Assembly (NCBI RefSeq): GCF_036507355.1
Contig: NZ_AP027877.1
DNA: 64,000 nucleotides
Strand: one strand, 5' to 3'
Origin: Escherichia coli
GTDB taxonomy: Bacteria; Pseudomonadota; Gammaproteobacteria; Enterobacterales; Enterobacteriaceae
Below, one piece after another: positions 1-11,247 of the stretch (positions within the stretch are counted from its first letter, which is position 1; every line of letters begins with the position of its first letter). The translations under genes were made by a program, and so were the position numbers. Under the pieces are notes generated by a model. That model saw only the letters and a list, made by a program, of their open reading frames with translations, did not search any database and was not told the origin of the DNA.

Positions 1-75
1 GATACTCGCCGTGCGGTGATTGAACGTAGTATCGCGCAGGCGATGCAACATTTGTCGCCGCAGGAGAGTAAATAA
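1..75 (+). CDS. ccmH: 3' end of an upstream CDS, partial; by K-12 synteny probably the cytochrome c biogenesis gene ccmH
   Basis: Open frame reaches a TAA at 73-75; I recall ccmH as the K-12 neighbour of narP; only about 24 codons are visible. Confidence 0.4.
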   Translation, partial: DTRRAVIERSIAQAMQHLSPQESK

Positions 76-134
76 AAAGTGGCCCGATGGTGATTCCATC
101 AGGCCAGACTGATGACAAAGTGCGCTTAGTTTAT

Positions 135-232
135 GCCGGATGCGGCGTGAACGCCTTATCCGGCCTACACAATCGTGTGAATTCAATAAATTGATCGATC
201 CGCGTAGGCCTGATAAGCGTAGCGCATCAGGC
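135..232. repeat. REP/BIME palindromic units (gccggatgcggcgtgaacgccttatccggcctac and gtaggcctgataagcgtagcgcatcaggc)
   Basis: Canonical E. coli REP consensus in two inverted copies between ccmH and narP. Confidence 0.7.
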
Positions 233-285
233 AGTTTTGCGTTTGTCATAAATCTCAGCCCGATGATAAATCCATCGGGCTATTT

Positions 286-933
286 TTATTGTGCCCCGCG
301 TTGTTGCAGGAACAGAATGGTGGCTGCCACGCGTGAGCGGACATTGAGTTTGCGCAGCAGATTGCGAATATGTACTTTTACTGTCTGCTCGGAAATATTC
401 AACACCGAGGCAATCTGTTTATTTGACAGCCCCTGTGCCAGCTCGTGCAGAACATCCAGCTCGCGCTCCGTCAGCACGCTGAAGGGATCTTCTTCCGCGC
501 CAAACATTTCACGTTCATGTAAGTACTGATTGACGCGTTCGCTAAAGACTTTGCTGCCTTTCGCTCCGGCACGAATCGCTTCCAGCAACACTTCCGGGTC
601 GCTGTCTTTCAACAGATAACCGTCTGCGCCTGCGTCTATCAGCGCAAAGACATCGCTGGAGGCATCTGATACGGTCAGGATAATAATTTGCGCGGTAACG
701 CCATCCCTGCGCAAGGCATTGAGGGTATCCAGGCCACTCATACCTTTCATATTGAGATCCAGCAAGATCACGTCGATATCCAGTCTATTCGCCAGATCGA
801 TAGCACTCGCGCCGTCGCCCGCTTCGGCGACCACTTCAAAGCCAGGATCAAGCTCCAGTAACTGACGAACACCGCGTCGCATAAGTGGATGATCATCCAC
901 AATCATCACCTGAAAAGGCGTTGCTTCAGGCAT
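286..933 (-). CDS. narP: Nitrate/nitrite response regulator NarP (LuxR/FixJ family)
   Basis: The ORF translation contains the 215-aa NarP sequence from MPEATPFQVMIVDDHPLMRRG to FLQQRGAQ; start taken at the internal Met with a GGAG RBS; receiver domain plus HTH. Confidence 0.9.
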   Translation of the reverse strand: MPEATPFQVMIVDDHPLMRRGVRQLLELDPGFEVVAEAGDGASAIDLANRLDIDVILLDLNMKGMSGLDTLNALRRDGVTAQIIILTVSDASSDVFALIDAGADGYLLKDSDPEVLLEAIRAGAKGSKVFSERVNQYLHEREMFGAEEDPFSVLTERELDVLHELAQGLSNKQIASVLNISEQTVKVHIRNLLRKLNVRSRVAATILFLQQRGAQ

Positions 934-1503
934 AGTAGTCTCCTGAGGTTTTATTAGAATCATTATGTTTGAGCGTAGCGTTGGTAACGCTACCAGGCGC
1001 GTGAATGTTACCCCATTTTATGTATGGACATGTAGCGAAAACTACAACCTTGTCGTTCGCTTTGGCATCATTTTCATTATAAAGACGGAATTTTGCATCA
1101 GCTTCTCATCAAGAAAAACAACTAAAAAATCAATCACAATACTTGTGCATTTCTTTAAACAGTTTTTAAAAACTGACTCCGGGTATGGAGCTATGGGTAT
1201 TTTCTGTACCCAATGCTTTTAACTGCAATTAATTTCATAGGATGAAAGCTCAATGCATCAATCTGGTTCTGTTTCTCTTTGTCGTTCCGCAATATCTGTT
1301 CTGGTAGCTACAGCGTTATATTCACCCATAGCATTGGCATCAACAGTTGAGTATGGTGAGACAGTTGATGGTGTTGTCCTGGAAAAAGATATCCAGCTGG
1401 TTTATGGGACCGCCAATAATACGAAAATCAATCCTGGCGGAGAACAGCATATTAAAGAATTTGGTATAAGTAGTAATACTGAAATTAAGGTAATGACTCC
1501 AAC

Positions 1504-2007
1504 TTATTGATAGTGTTTTATGTTCAGATAATGCCCGATGACTTTGTCATGCAGCTCCACCGATTTTGAGAACGACAGCGACTTCCGTCCCAGCCGTGCC
1601 AGGTGCTGCCTCAGATTCAGGTTATGCCGCTCAATTCGCTGCGTATATCGCTTGCTGATTACGTGCAGCTTTCCCTTCAGGCGGGATTCATACAGCGGCC
1701 AGCCATCCGTCATCCATATCACCACGTCAAAGGGTGACAGCAGGCTCATAAGACGCCCCAGCGTCGCCATCGTGCGTTCACCGAATACGTGCGCAACAAC
1801 CGTCTTCCGGAGCCTGTCATACGCGTAAAACAGCCAGCGCTGGCGCGATTTAGCCCCGACATAGCCCCACTGTTCGTCCATTTCCGCGCAGACGATGACG
1901 TCACTGCCCGGCTGTATGCGCGAGGTTACCGACTGCGGCCTGAGTTTTTTAAGTGACGTAAAATCGTGTTGAGGCCAACGCCCATAATGCGGGCTGTTGC
2001 CCGGCAT
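1504..2007 (-). CDS. insB: IS1 InsB (expressed as the InsAB' transposase by a -1 frameshift)
   Basis: 167-aa [24 protein letters not shown]; overlaps insA in the -1 frame. Confidence 0.88.
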
Positions 2008-2201
2008 CCAACGCCATTCATGGCCATATCAATGATTTTCTGGTGCGTACCGGGTTGAGAAGCGGTGTAAGTGAACTGCAGTTGCCATGTTTTACGGCAG
2101 TGAGAGCAGAGATAGCGCTGATGTCCGGCGGTGCTTTTGCCGTTACGCACCACCCCGTCAGTAGCTGAACAGGAGGGACAGCTGATAGAAACAGAAGCCA
2201 C
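1926..2201 (-). CDS. insA: IS1 InsA (transposition inhibitor, N-terminal part of the InsAB' transposase)
   Basis: 91-aa [42 protein letters not shown], the zinc-finger InsA. Confidence 0.9.
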
Positions 2202-4632
2202 TGGAGCACCTCAAAAACACCATCATACACTAAATCAGTAAGTTGGCAGCATCACCGAAATTAACGGCGGGTATCAGTACATTGAAATGAATGGCACCGC
2301 AGAATACTCCGTATTAAATGATGGTTATCAAATTGTTCAAATGGGTGGCGCGGCAAACCAGACTACCCTCAATAATGGTGTGCTACAGGTTTATGGCGCA
2401 GCGAATGATCCCACGATTAAAGGCGGGCGCTTAATCGTTGAAAAAGATGGGATTACCGTCCTTGCCGCTATCGAAAAGGGAGGATTACTGGAGGTTAAAG
2501 AGGGGGGATTAGCGATTGCGGTAGATCAGAAAGCAGGCGGTGCTATTAAAGCAAGCACGCGGGTCATGGAGGTATTCGGAACAAACCGTCTCGGTCAGTT
2601 CGAAATCAAGAATGGTATTGCTAACAATATGCTGTTGGAAAACGGCGGAAGTTTGCGAGTTGAAGAAAATGACTTCGCTTATAATACTACTGTAGATAGT
2701 GGCGGCTTACTGGAGGTTATGGATGGCGGGACTGCAACTGGCGTTGATAAAAAAGCAGGCGGAAAATTAATTGTCTCAACGAATGCGCTGGAAGTGAGTG
2801 GTACAAACAGTAAAGGCCAATTTAGTATAAAAGATGGTGTGTCAAAAAATTATGAACTGGATGATGGTTCCGGGCTTATTGTTATGGAGGACACGCAGGT
2901 CATTGACACTATCCTCGATGAGCATGCCACTATGCAATCGCTGGGAAAGGATACTGGTACGAGAGTGCAGGCAAATGCGGTATATGATCTCGGTCGATCA
3001 GATCAGAATGGAAGTATAACGTATTCCTCTAAAGCCATCTCTGAAAATATGGTTATCAACAATGGCCGCGCTAATGTCTGGGCTGGCACAATGGTTAACG
3101 TTTCAGTCAGAGGGAATGATGGCATTCTTGAGGTCATGAAGCCGCAAATAAATTATGCACCCGCTATGTTGGTGGGTAAGGTCGTGGTTTCTGAGGGCGC
3201 TTCTTTAAGAACGCATGGTGTCGTGGATACCAGCAAAGCGGATGTTTCGCTCGAAAATAGCGCATGGACCATCATTGCCGATATCACTACGACGAACCAA
3301 AACACCCTCCTCAACTTAGCCAACCTTGCGATGTCTGACGCAAATGTGATTATGATGGATGAGCCAGTGACTCGTTCATCAGTGACGGCAAGTGCGGAAA
3401 ATTTCATTACGTTGACCACCAATACCCTGTCGGGAAACGGCAATTTTTATATGCGTGCCGATATGGCTAATCATCAGAGCGATCAGCTCAACGTCACCGG
3501 TCAGGCAACAGGTGATTTCAAAATATTCGTGACGGACACCGGTGCCAGCCCGGCAGCAGGAGATAGCCTTACACTGGTAACAACGGGCGGCAGTGATGCT
3601 GCATTTACGTTGGGCAATGCCGGAGGCGTTGTTGATATCGGTACGTATGAATATACCTTGCTGGATAATGGCAACCATAGCTGGAGTCTGGCAGAGAATC
3701 GCGCGCAAATTACCCCTTCAACCACTGATGTGCTGAATATGGCGGCCGCACAACCGCTGGTATTTGATGCAGAACTGGACACCGTGCGTGAGCGTCTTGG
3801 TAGCGTAAAAGGCGTTAGTTACGATACGGCGATGTGGAGTTCGGCAATTAACACCCGCAACAACGTGACCACTGATGCGGGAGCTGGTTTTGAGCAAACA
3901 TTGACGGGCCTGACGCTCGGTATCGATAGCCGTTTCTCCCGTGAAGAAAGCAGTACAATTCGCGGCTTGTTCTTTGGTTACTCTCATTCTGATATTGGTT
4001 TTGATCGCGGCGGAAAAGGTAATATCGATAGCTATACCCTGGGGGCTTATGCCGGTTGGGAGCATCAGAACGGTGCCTATGTTGATGGGGTGGTGAAAGT
4101 TGACCGTTTTGCCAACACCATCCATGGCAAGATGAGTAATGGGGCAACAGCGTTTGGCGATTACAATAGTAACGGCGCGGGTGCTCATGTTGAGAGCGGG
4201 TTCCGTTGGGTTGACGGATTGTGGAGTGTTAGACCCTATCTGGCCTTTACCGGCTTTACCACAGATGGTCAGGACTACACGTTATCAAACGGCATGCGCG
4301 CGGACGTGGGAAATACCCGGATATTACGCGCTGAAGCGGGAACGGCGGTAAGCTATCACATGGACCTGCAAAACGGTACGGCGCTGGAACCCTGGCTGAA
4401 AGCCGCCGTGCGTCAGGAATACGCCGATTCTAACCAGGTGAAAGTTAATGACGATGGCAAATTTAATAATGATGTGGCTGGAACCAGTGGCGTTTATCAG
4501 GCTGGGATAAGGTCATCGTTTACCCCGACGTTAAGCGGTCATTTGTCAGTCAGCTATGGCAATGGCGCAGGGGTAGAATCGCCGTGGAATACCCAGGCGG
4601 GTGTGGTCTGGACGTTCTGATAACAGACAATA

Positions 4633-4662
4633 AACAGGCCGTGATGTGTCGCGGTCTGTTTA
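4633..4662 (+). terminator. Hairpin downstream of yejO (aaacaggccgtgatgtgtcgcggtctgttt)
   Basis: GC-rich inverted repeat immediately after the yejO stop codon. Confidence 0.4.
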
Positions 4663-4682
4663 TCGAATTAAATGCAGATATA

Positions 4683-4716
4683 AAAAAACCAACCTTTACG
4701 GTTGGTTTTTTTGGGA
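4683..4716. terminator. Bidirectional rho-independent terminator (aaaaaaaccaacctttacggttggttttttt) between yejO and proL
   Basis: Stem-loop flanked by an A-run and a T-run. Confidence 0.6.
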
Positions 4717-4720
4717 TTTT

Positions 4721-4797
4721 TGGTCGGCACGAGAGGATTTGAACCTCCGACCCCCGACACCCCATGACGGTGCGCTACCAGGCTGCGCTACGTGCCG
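4721..4797 (-). tRNA. proL: tRNA-Pro (anticodon GGG)
   Basis: Reverse complement reads CGGCACGTAGCGCAGCCTGGTAGCGCACCGTCATGGGGTGTCGGGGGTCGGAGGTTCAAATCCTCTCGTGCCGACCA, a 77-nt cloverleaf with CCA end. Confidence 0.92.
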
Positions 4798-4871
4798 ACT
4801 CGTGGCTGTTAATACTACCGTTTTCCACACCGATTGCAAGTAAGATATTTCGCTAACTGATTTATAATTAA

Positions 4872-6632
4872 TCAGTTAGCGATAAAACGCTTCTCGTCTG
4901 TCAGTACTTGCAATAACAAACTTAACTGTGGTTTTTCATCTTTCACTCTTTCACCACGTAAGTTGTAAGTGCGGTATTTACCGTTATTGTTCAGCACCAG
5001 CGTCTTTTTCGGGGTGGTAATTGCCAGCGTATCGTTATCCGCTGCGGTAACCCAGTAATGACGGCGTTGAGCGTTGAACAAATCCTGACCTTGCGAATAT
5101 TCGCTGGCAGGTGTGCTGACATGTAGCAGGCGTTGCATCAGCGTCGTCATCAGATCGGTATGATCAGTCAGAGCATTAATACGCTGCGCCGGCGTGCCTG
5201 GCCAGTGAATCACTAATGGCACCTGCAGATGACCGTGGGACCAGTCAAAGGTTTCTTCCTCTTCGCTCAGTGGAATACCCCGACCGGCAGTGATAATCAC
5301 TACCGTATTGTCCAGTTTGCCAGAATCACGCAGTGCATTGAGCACGCGGTTGATCTGGTCATCGACATTGCCTGCCGCCCGGCTATATTTCCGTGCAAAT
5401 GCCTGCTGATTGCTGTCGTCAATGTTAGTACCATTGAAAGAAACCCACGAGAACCAGCGGTTATCTTCTTGTGCGTAGCGTCCCAGCCAGTTGATCCACT
5501 GCGTGGCGGTCTGCTCGTCGGATTGGGTGCGTACGCTCGGCATCGAGAAATCTGACAACAATGCCTGGCGATACAGCGGGCTGGTAAAGCCATCTGATGA
5601 GAATAACCCCAGCTGATAGCCTTGCTGATTAAGCGCAGTAATTAATGCCGCAGGCGTACGGGTCGACAGAATGCCGTCCATATAGCTCGGCGAGATGCCA
5701 TAGAACAGGCCAAAGATGCCGTTGTCTGTAGTGTTGCCGGAGCTCATATGGCGCGTGAACGAAATATTTTGCTCAGCAAAACCTGCCAGCGCAGGCATCT
5801 GCTTCTCGAAGCGTGAGTAGTTCAGGCCATCGACAGTAATCAACAAGACATTCTGCCCGGTGCCCATATCGCGATAGCGCAGTTCGCTTAACGGATACTG
5901 AACGGAAACGGCGTCTGGATTACCTTGCTCAATAAGACGGCGTTGATACTCCTGCGCATCAAGCAGGCCATGCTTCTCAAGAAAACGTCGCGCCGTCATC
6001 GGGTACGAAAGCGGCAGGTTAGCGCGCTGCATGGTGATCGGGCGATAGAAGTTGGCATCGGCCCAGATATACACCACATGCGAGGCGATAAAGGCGATAA
6101 ATAAGAATGCGGCAAGCGGGCGCGCGAAGCGCCGACGACGCGTCAGGCTGCGCAGCTTTTGCCAGCTCCACGTCGCAAACACCAGTTCAAGCAATAAAAT
6201 AACCGGCACGCTGATGAACATCAGCTGCCAGTCGCGCGCCATCTCATTTTCGTCTGGGTTGATAACCAGTTGCCAGACGATGGGATTAAGATGGAGATGG
6301 AAACGAGTAAAGACTTCGCTATCGATCAGTAATAGCGTCATTCCCGCCGTTGCCAGAATGACGGACAAAAACCTCATCAGCCTCTGGGAGCCGACGATAA
6401 AGGTCAGCGGGAAGAGGATCAGCAAGTAGGTGGCGAACACCAGGAAGCTGAAATGGCCGATAATGCTTACGTAGGAATAAATGCGACCAGCAAGCGTGGT
6501 CGGCCAGTCGGCGATAAACAGGTAACGGCTGCCAATGACGAGCGAAAGCAGAATATTGAACAGTGCAAACCAGTGCCCCCAACTGACCATCTGGGAGACT
6601 TTTTCACGGTAGCGCTGACGATGAGTTACCAT
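4872..6632 (-). CDS. yejM: Inner-membrane PbgA/LapC (YejM), sulfatase-like periplasmic domain; LPS/cardiolipin homeostasis
   Basis: 586-aa ORF with N-terminal TM helices and an alkaline-phosphatase-superfamily domain; K-12 synteny between proL and yejL. Confidence 0.9.
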   Translation of the reverse strand: MVTHRQRYREKVSQMVSWGHWFALFNILLSLVIGSRYLFIADWPTTLAGRIYSYVSIIGHFSFLVFATYLLILFPLTFIVGSQRLMRFLSVILATAGMTLLLIDSEVFTRFHLHLNPIVWQLVINPDENEMARDWQLMFISVPVILLLELVFATWSWQKLRSLTRRRRFARPLAAFLFIAFIASHVVYIWADANFYRPITMQRANLPLSYPMTARRFLEKHGLLDAQEYQRRLIEQGNPDAVSVQYPLSELRYRDMGTGQNVLLITVDGLNYSRFEKQMPALAGFAEQNISFTRHMSSGNTTDNGIFGLFYGISPSYMDGILSTRTPAALITALNQQGYQLGLFSSDGFTSPLYRQALLSDFSMPSVRTQSDEQTATQWINWLGRYAQEDNRWFSWVSFNGTNIDDSNQQAFARKYSRAAGNVDDQINRVLNALRDSGKLDNTVVIITAGRGIPLSEEEETFDWSHGHLQVPLVIHWPGTPAQRINALTDHTDLMTTLMQRLLHVSTPASEYSQGQDLFNAQRRHYWVTAADNDTLAITTPKKTLVLNNNGKYRTYNLRGERVKDEKPQLSLLLQVLTDEKRFIAN

Positions 6633-6651
6633 AACCTGTTATCTGTTTCCC

Positions 6652-6879
6652 TTAGTGCGCTTTGTCTTCGTTGATAGAGGACTGTAAGGCGCGGGCAAAA
6701 GAGTTGGCAATTGCCTGGCGTTGGGCCGGGGCAATGCTGGTGTTGATAAGGTTAGTGACCATGTTGCCTAACACCATCAGGGAAAGGTCGGTCGGAGCCT
6801 TATGTTTTTCCAGTACGTTGAGCAACTCTGCGAGCAATTGTTCAACCTGTTCATCACTGTAGCGGGAAATTTGTGGCAT
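6652..6879 (-). CDS. yejL: UPF0352 family small protein YejL
   Basis: 75-aa [29 protein letters not shown]; conserved position. Confidence 0.85.
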
Positions 6880-7060
6880 AAATCGAAATCAGTTAGTTGA
6901 TGAAAGGGCAACATATTACCGTAGCAACGGTTTTTTTTCTGCTTTTTTATGCGTTAAATCATTCTCGTTACGCCGCCTTCTGTAAAATGACCGCCATCTT
7001 TTATTGCGTCGCTTAACCGGCGGTGGTTGAATACCGCCCGGTCTTAAAGGAGAGTTTATC

Positions 7061-8068
7061 ATGAGTCTGGATATCAACCAGATTGCTCTGCACCAGCTTA
7101 TCAAGCGTGATGAGCAGAACCTTGAGCTGGTGTTGCGCGATTCATTGCTGGAACCGACAGAAACCGTCGTTGAGATGGTAGCAGAACTGCATCGGGTCTA
7201 TAGCGCCAAAAATAAAGCTTACGGCTTGTTTAGCGAAGAGAGTGAACTGGCGCAGACGCTGCGCTTACAGCGTCAGGGTGAAGAGGACTTTCTGGCATTT
7301 AGCCGCGCGGCAACCGGTCGCCTGCGTGACGAATTAGCGAAATATCCTTTTGCTGACGGTGGATTCGTGCTGTTTTGCCACTATCGCTATCTGGCGGTGG
7401 AGTATTTGCTGGTGGCAGTTCTGAGCAACCTGAGCAGTATGCGCGTTAACGAAAATCTCGACATCAACCCAACCCATTATCTTGATATCAATCATGCGGA
7501 TATTGTTGCGCGTATCGATTTAACCGAATGGGAAACCAATCCAGAGTCCACCCGCTATCTCACTTTCCTGAAAGGGAGAGTAGGGCGCAAAGTGGCGGAT
7601 TTCTTTATGGATTTCCTCGGGGCCAGCGAAGGGTTAAACGCGAAAGCGCAAAACCGTGGGCTGTTGCAAGCGGTTGATGATTTCACTGCCGAAGCACAAC
7701 TGGATAAAGCAGAGCGACAGAACGTGCGCCAGCAGGTTTATAGCTACTGTAATGAGCAGCTGCAGGCAGGCGAAGAGATCGAACTGGAGTCGCTGTCGAA
7801 AGAGCTGGCAGGCGTCAGCGAAGTGAGCTTCACGGAGTTTGCGGCTGAAAAAGGCTACGAACTGGAAGAGAGCTTCCCGGCAGACCGTAGCACACTGCGT
7901 CAGTTGACGAAGTTTGCCGGTAGCGGCGGTGGCTTGACTATTAACTTTGATGCGATGCTGTTAGGTGAACGCATCTTCTGGGATCCAGCAACCGATACCT
8001 TGACCATTAAAGGCACGCCGCCGAATTTGCGCGACCAATTGCAGCGCCGGACGTCTGGCGGCAATTAA
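7061..8068 (+). CDS. yejK: Nucleoid-associated protein NdpA/YejK
   Basis: 335-aa [22 protein letters not shown]; RBS aggagagtt upstream. Confidence 0.9.
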
Positions 8069-8087
8069 TCGGCTTTGTGTTCTGAAT

Positions 8088-8121
8088 GCCAGATGCGGCG
8101 TGAACGCCTTATCTGGCCTGC
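8088..8121. repeat. REP element (gccagatgcggcgtgaacgccttatctggcctgc)
   Basis: Matches the REP consensus. Confidence 0.7.
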
Positions 8122-8162
8122 AAAAAATAGCAATACCGTAATCAGGCATAATCTGCAGATAC

Positions 8163-8190
8163 AAAAAACCCCGCCGGAGCGGGGTTTTTT
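8163..8190. terminator. Bidirectional terminator aaaaaaccccgccggagcggggtttttt shared by yejK and rplY
   Basis: Perfect GC-rich stem flanked by an A6 run and a T6 run. Confidence 0.8.
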
Positions 8191-8206
8191 ACAACTTATT
8201 CAGCAA

Positions 8207-8599
<393 letters not shown>

Positions 8600-8615
8600 T
8601 CAATCAAAACTACCA

Positions 8616-10376
8616 TTAACCGCGTAATTCGTGCGCCCGACGAAAACGACCTTCGTAATCGAACACTTTTTCACGCACTTGCCAGTACTGACCTTTCATG
8701 CGGGCAACGACAAAATCCGGGTGTCGCAATAAGGCTTGCTGGGCGAGGATATCGGCGGCGGTGATCCAGCGCAGAGGGATGCCCGGTGTGCGCGTATGCG
8801 GGCGGATAAAAAGCTGCTCGAAGGCAGTTCGCTGGGCGGGCGTTTGCAGACGGAAACGCTCACTCACATCCGCGCCGTCTTCATCGTAATAGGTGATTTT
8901 CAACCATTCGCCTTTCTCGTCGTGCCCATGCTGCAAAGACATGCCGCTACAGCGTAATACCAGCGCGTCTTTCAGTCGTAGCGCCGCTTTTAACATATCG
9001 TCAGGATCAACCAGTACCGTGTCACATTCGCGGCAGCGGCGAGCGGCAATATCATTTTCTGCGTTACATTGCGGGCAATTTTTAAAACGGAAACGGAAGT
9101 CACACTGTTCGCGATGACCGTCGTCATCTTCAAACCATCCCTGACAGCGGCGACCAAAGTGTTCAATCAATGTCCCGTCGGCGGTCGTTTTCCCCCAAAA
9201 GGTGTTGGCAAAACCGCAGGCAGGGCAGAAAACCTGTACCGGAACGTTGTCACTTTTGCCTTTCGGTGTACCAACTTCCGGCGCGTAGAGATCGTGAGGA
9301 TTACCCGCATAATCAAGAATTAAGCAATCAGTCTTGCCAGGAGCGAGACGCAGACCGCGCCCGACAATTTGTTGGTAAAGACTCACTGATTCGGTAGGGC
9401 GCAGAATGGCGATAAGATCGACGTGCGGGGCGTCAAATCCGGTGGTCAGTACCGCGACGTTGACCAGATAGCGAAAACGCTGGGCTTTAAAATCTTCAAT
9501 TAACACATCGCGCTCAGCGCCGGGGGTGTCGCCAGTAATCAGTGCAGCATCTTCGGCGGGTAGTAATCCCACAATCTCTTTTGCGTGTTCAACGGTGGCG
9601 GCGAAAATCATCACCCCTTTGCGCGTTGCAGCAAACTCCATAATCTGGCTGATGATGTGCGGGGTAATACGTTGTTGTTTTTTTAGCTCGCGGTTGAGAT
9701 CGGCTTCGCTGAATAGCCCGTTACTCTGTGCCTGCAAGCGGCTGAAATCGTATTGCACTACTGGCATATCCAGTCGTTCTGGCGGCGTCAGATAGCCGTG
9801 TTTAATCATATAACGCAGCGGCAGTTCATAAATGCAGTCACGGAAAAGGGCTTTCTCATCGCCGCGTACCATGCCGTGATAATGGAACTGGTAGATCCAG
9901 CCTTTGCCCAGTCGAAAAGGCGTGGCAGTCAGCCCCAGCAGGCGTAAGTGGGGATTCACTTTTGTCAGGTGAGTGAGGATTTGCTGATACTGGCTCTCTT
10001 CATCGTCACCAATACGGTGGCATTCATCGACAATCAACAGCGAAAATTCACCCTGAAAGGCATCAAGATTACGGGCGACCGACTGCACGCTGCCAAATAC
10101 CACTTTACCGTGGCTCTCTTTGCGCTTTAGCCCGGCGGCAAAAATATCGGCTTCCAGCCCCAGCGCCTGATACTTTGCATGGTTTTGCGCCACCAGTTCT
10201 TTAACGTGTGCCAGCACCAGCACGCGACCACGAGCCAGCCGCGCAAGTTCCGCTATCACCAGGCTTTTACCTGCACCGGTGGGCAGCACGATAACGGCAG
10301 GGGTTTTATGACGACGAAAATGGTTGAGCGTGGCATCCACGGCTTCTTGCTGATATGGGCGGAGTGTAAAAATCAT
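8616..10376 (-). CDS. radD: Superfamily-2 DNA repair helicase RadD (YejH)
   Basis: 586-aa ORF with Walker A (LPTGAGKS), DECH box and a C-terminal zinc-finger Cys cluster. Confidence 0.9.
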   Translation of the reverse strand: MIFTLRPYQQEAVDATLNHFRRHKTPAVIVLPTGAGKSLVIAELARLARGRVLVLAHVKELVAQNHAKYQALGLEADIFAAGLKRKESHGKVVFGSVQSVARNLDAFQGEFSLLIVDECHRIGDDEESQYQQILTHLTKVNPHLRLLGLTATPFRLGKGWIYQFHYHGMVRGDEKALFRDCIYELPLRYMIKHGYLTPPERLDMPVVQYDFSRLQAQSNGLFSEADLNRELKKQQRITPHIISQIMEFAATRKGVMIFAATVEHAKEIVGLLPAEDAALITGDTPGAERDVLIEDFKAQRFRYLVNVAVLTTGFDAPHVDLIAILRPTESVSLYQQIVGRGLRLAPGKTDCLILDYAGNPHDLYAPEVGTPKGKSDNVPVQVFCPACGFANTFWGKTTADGTLIEHFGRRCQGWFEDDDGHREQCDFRFRFKNCPQCNAENDIAARRCRECDTVLVDPDDMLKAALRLKDALVLRCSGMSLQHGHDEKGEWLKITYYDEDGADVSERFRLQTPAQRTAFEQLFIRPHTRTPGIPLRWITAADILAQQALLRHPDFVVARMKGQYWQVREKVFDYEGRFRRAHELRG

Positions 10377-10524
10377 GGTCTCGCGTAGGTAGATTATTCT
10401 GCTAATAGTATGCCACGGTTCTTTTTCCCTTGAGGGAAGTTATTAGACCGCTATACTGGGCAGACAACAGTTCAGATTTTCGGGTCAATGCCCGACCTCC
10501 GTTTTTACAGGCAAAATCACACAC

Positions 10525-11220
10525 ATGCGACTTGATAAATTTATCGCACAGCAACTCGGCGTTAGCCGTGCTATTGCCGGGCGTGAAATCCGCGGCAATC
10601 GTGTTACCGTCGATGGCGAAATCGTCCGTAATGCAGCGTTCAAACTGCTTCCTGAACATGATGTCGCTTACGATGGCAACCCGCTGGCGCAGCAACACGG
10701 TCCACGTTACTTCATGCTCAATAAGCCTCAGGGCTATGTTTGCTCCACGGACGACCCTGATCACCCAACGGTGCTCTATTTTCTTGATGAACCAGTGGCG
10801 TGGAAACTGCACGCAGCAGGGCGGCTGGATATCGATACCACCGGTCTGGTGCTAATGACTGATGATGGTCAGTGGTCGCACCGCATTACTTCTCCGCGCC
10901 ATCATTGCGAGAAGACCTATCTGGTGACGCTGGAATCACCCGTAGCTGACGATACGGCAGAGCAATTTGCTAAAGGCGTGCAGCTGCATAACGAAAAAGA
11001 TCTCACTAAGCCGGCGGTGCTGGAAGTGATTACCCCAACGCAGGTTCGTCTGACCATCAGCGAAGGGCGTTATCATCAGGTGAAACGCATGTTCGCCGCT
11101 GTGGGTAACCATGTGGTTGAGCTGCATCGTGAACGTATTGGCGGCATTACGCTGGATGCTGATTTAGCCCCCGGTGAATATCGTCCGTTAACTGAAGAAG
11201 AAATTGCCAGCGTCGTCTAA
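10525..11220 (+). CDS. rsuA: 16S rRNA pseudouridine(516) synthase RsuA
   Basis: 231-aa ORF with S4 domain then the RsuA/RluB catalytic motif [17 protein letters not shown]. Confidence 0.9.
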
Positions 11221-11247
11221 CTTTTCAATGACTTTCAGGAGCCCGTT

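Larger units (their letters stand above)
1489..2256 (-). mobile_element. IS1, 768 bp, inserted in yejO with 8-bp target duplication gaaattaa
   Basis: Terminal inverted repeats ggtaatgactccaacttattgat and atcagtaagttggcagcatcacc; insA and insB ORFs lie inside. Confidence 0.92.
1253..4620 (+). pseudogene. yejO: yejO AIDA-type autotransporter adhesin split by IS1: N-terminal signal-peptide fragment 1253..1488, C-terminal passenger plus beta-barrel 2257..4620
   Basis: The 85-aa N-fragment has a signal peptide; the 777-aa ORF has passenger repeats and a C-terminal beta-barrel ending VVWTF; removing IS1 and the 8-bp duplication restores one 863-codon frame (NTEINGGYQYIEMNG). Confidence 0.85.

Noticed and set aside
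1253-1510. Possibility that the 85-aa ORF is an independent small secreted protein
   Set aside because: It is the signal peptide and first residues of YejO. The frame continues exactly into the post-IS1 yejO frame once the insertion is removed.
3153-4188. Several 90-156-aa minus-strand ORFs inside yejO
   Set aside because: They lie antisense within the autotransporter passenger and barrel region. The yejO frame, with its beta-barrel C-terminus ending in F, is clearly the genuine one.
4646-4843. 65-aa ORF overlapping the proL tRNA gene
   Set aside because: It overlaps a bona fide tRNA-Pro on the opposite strand and a terminator, so it is a spurious frame.
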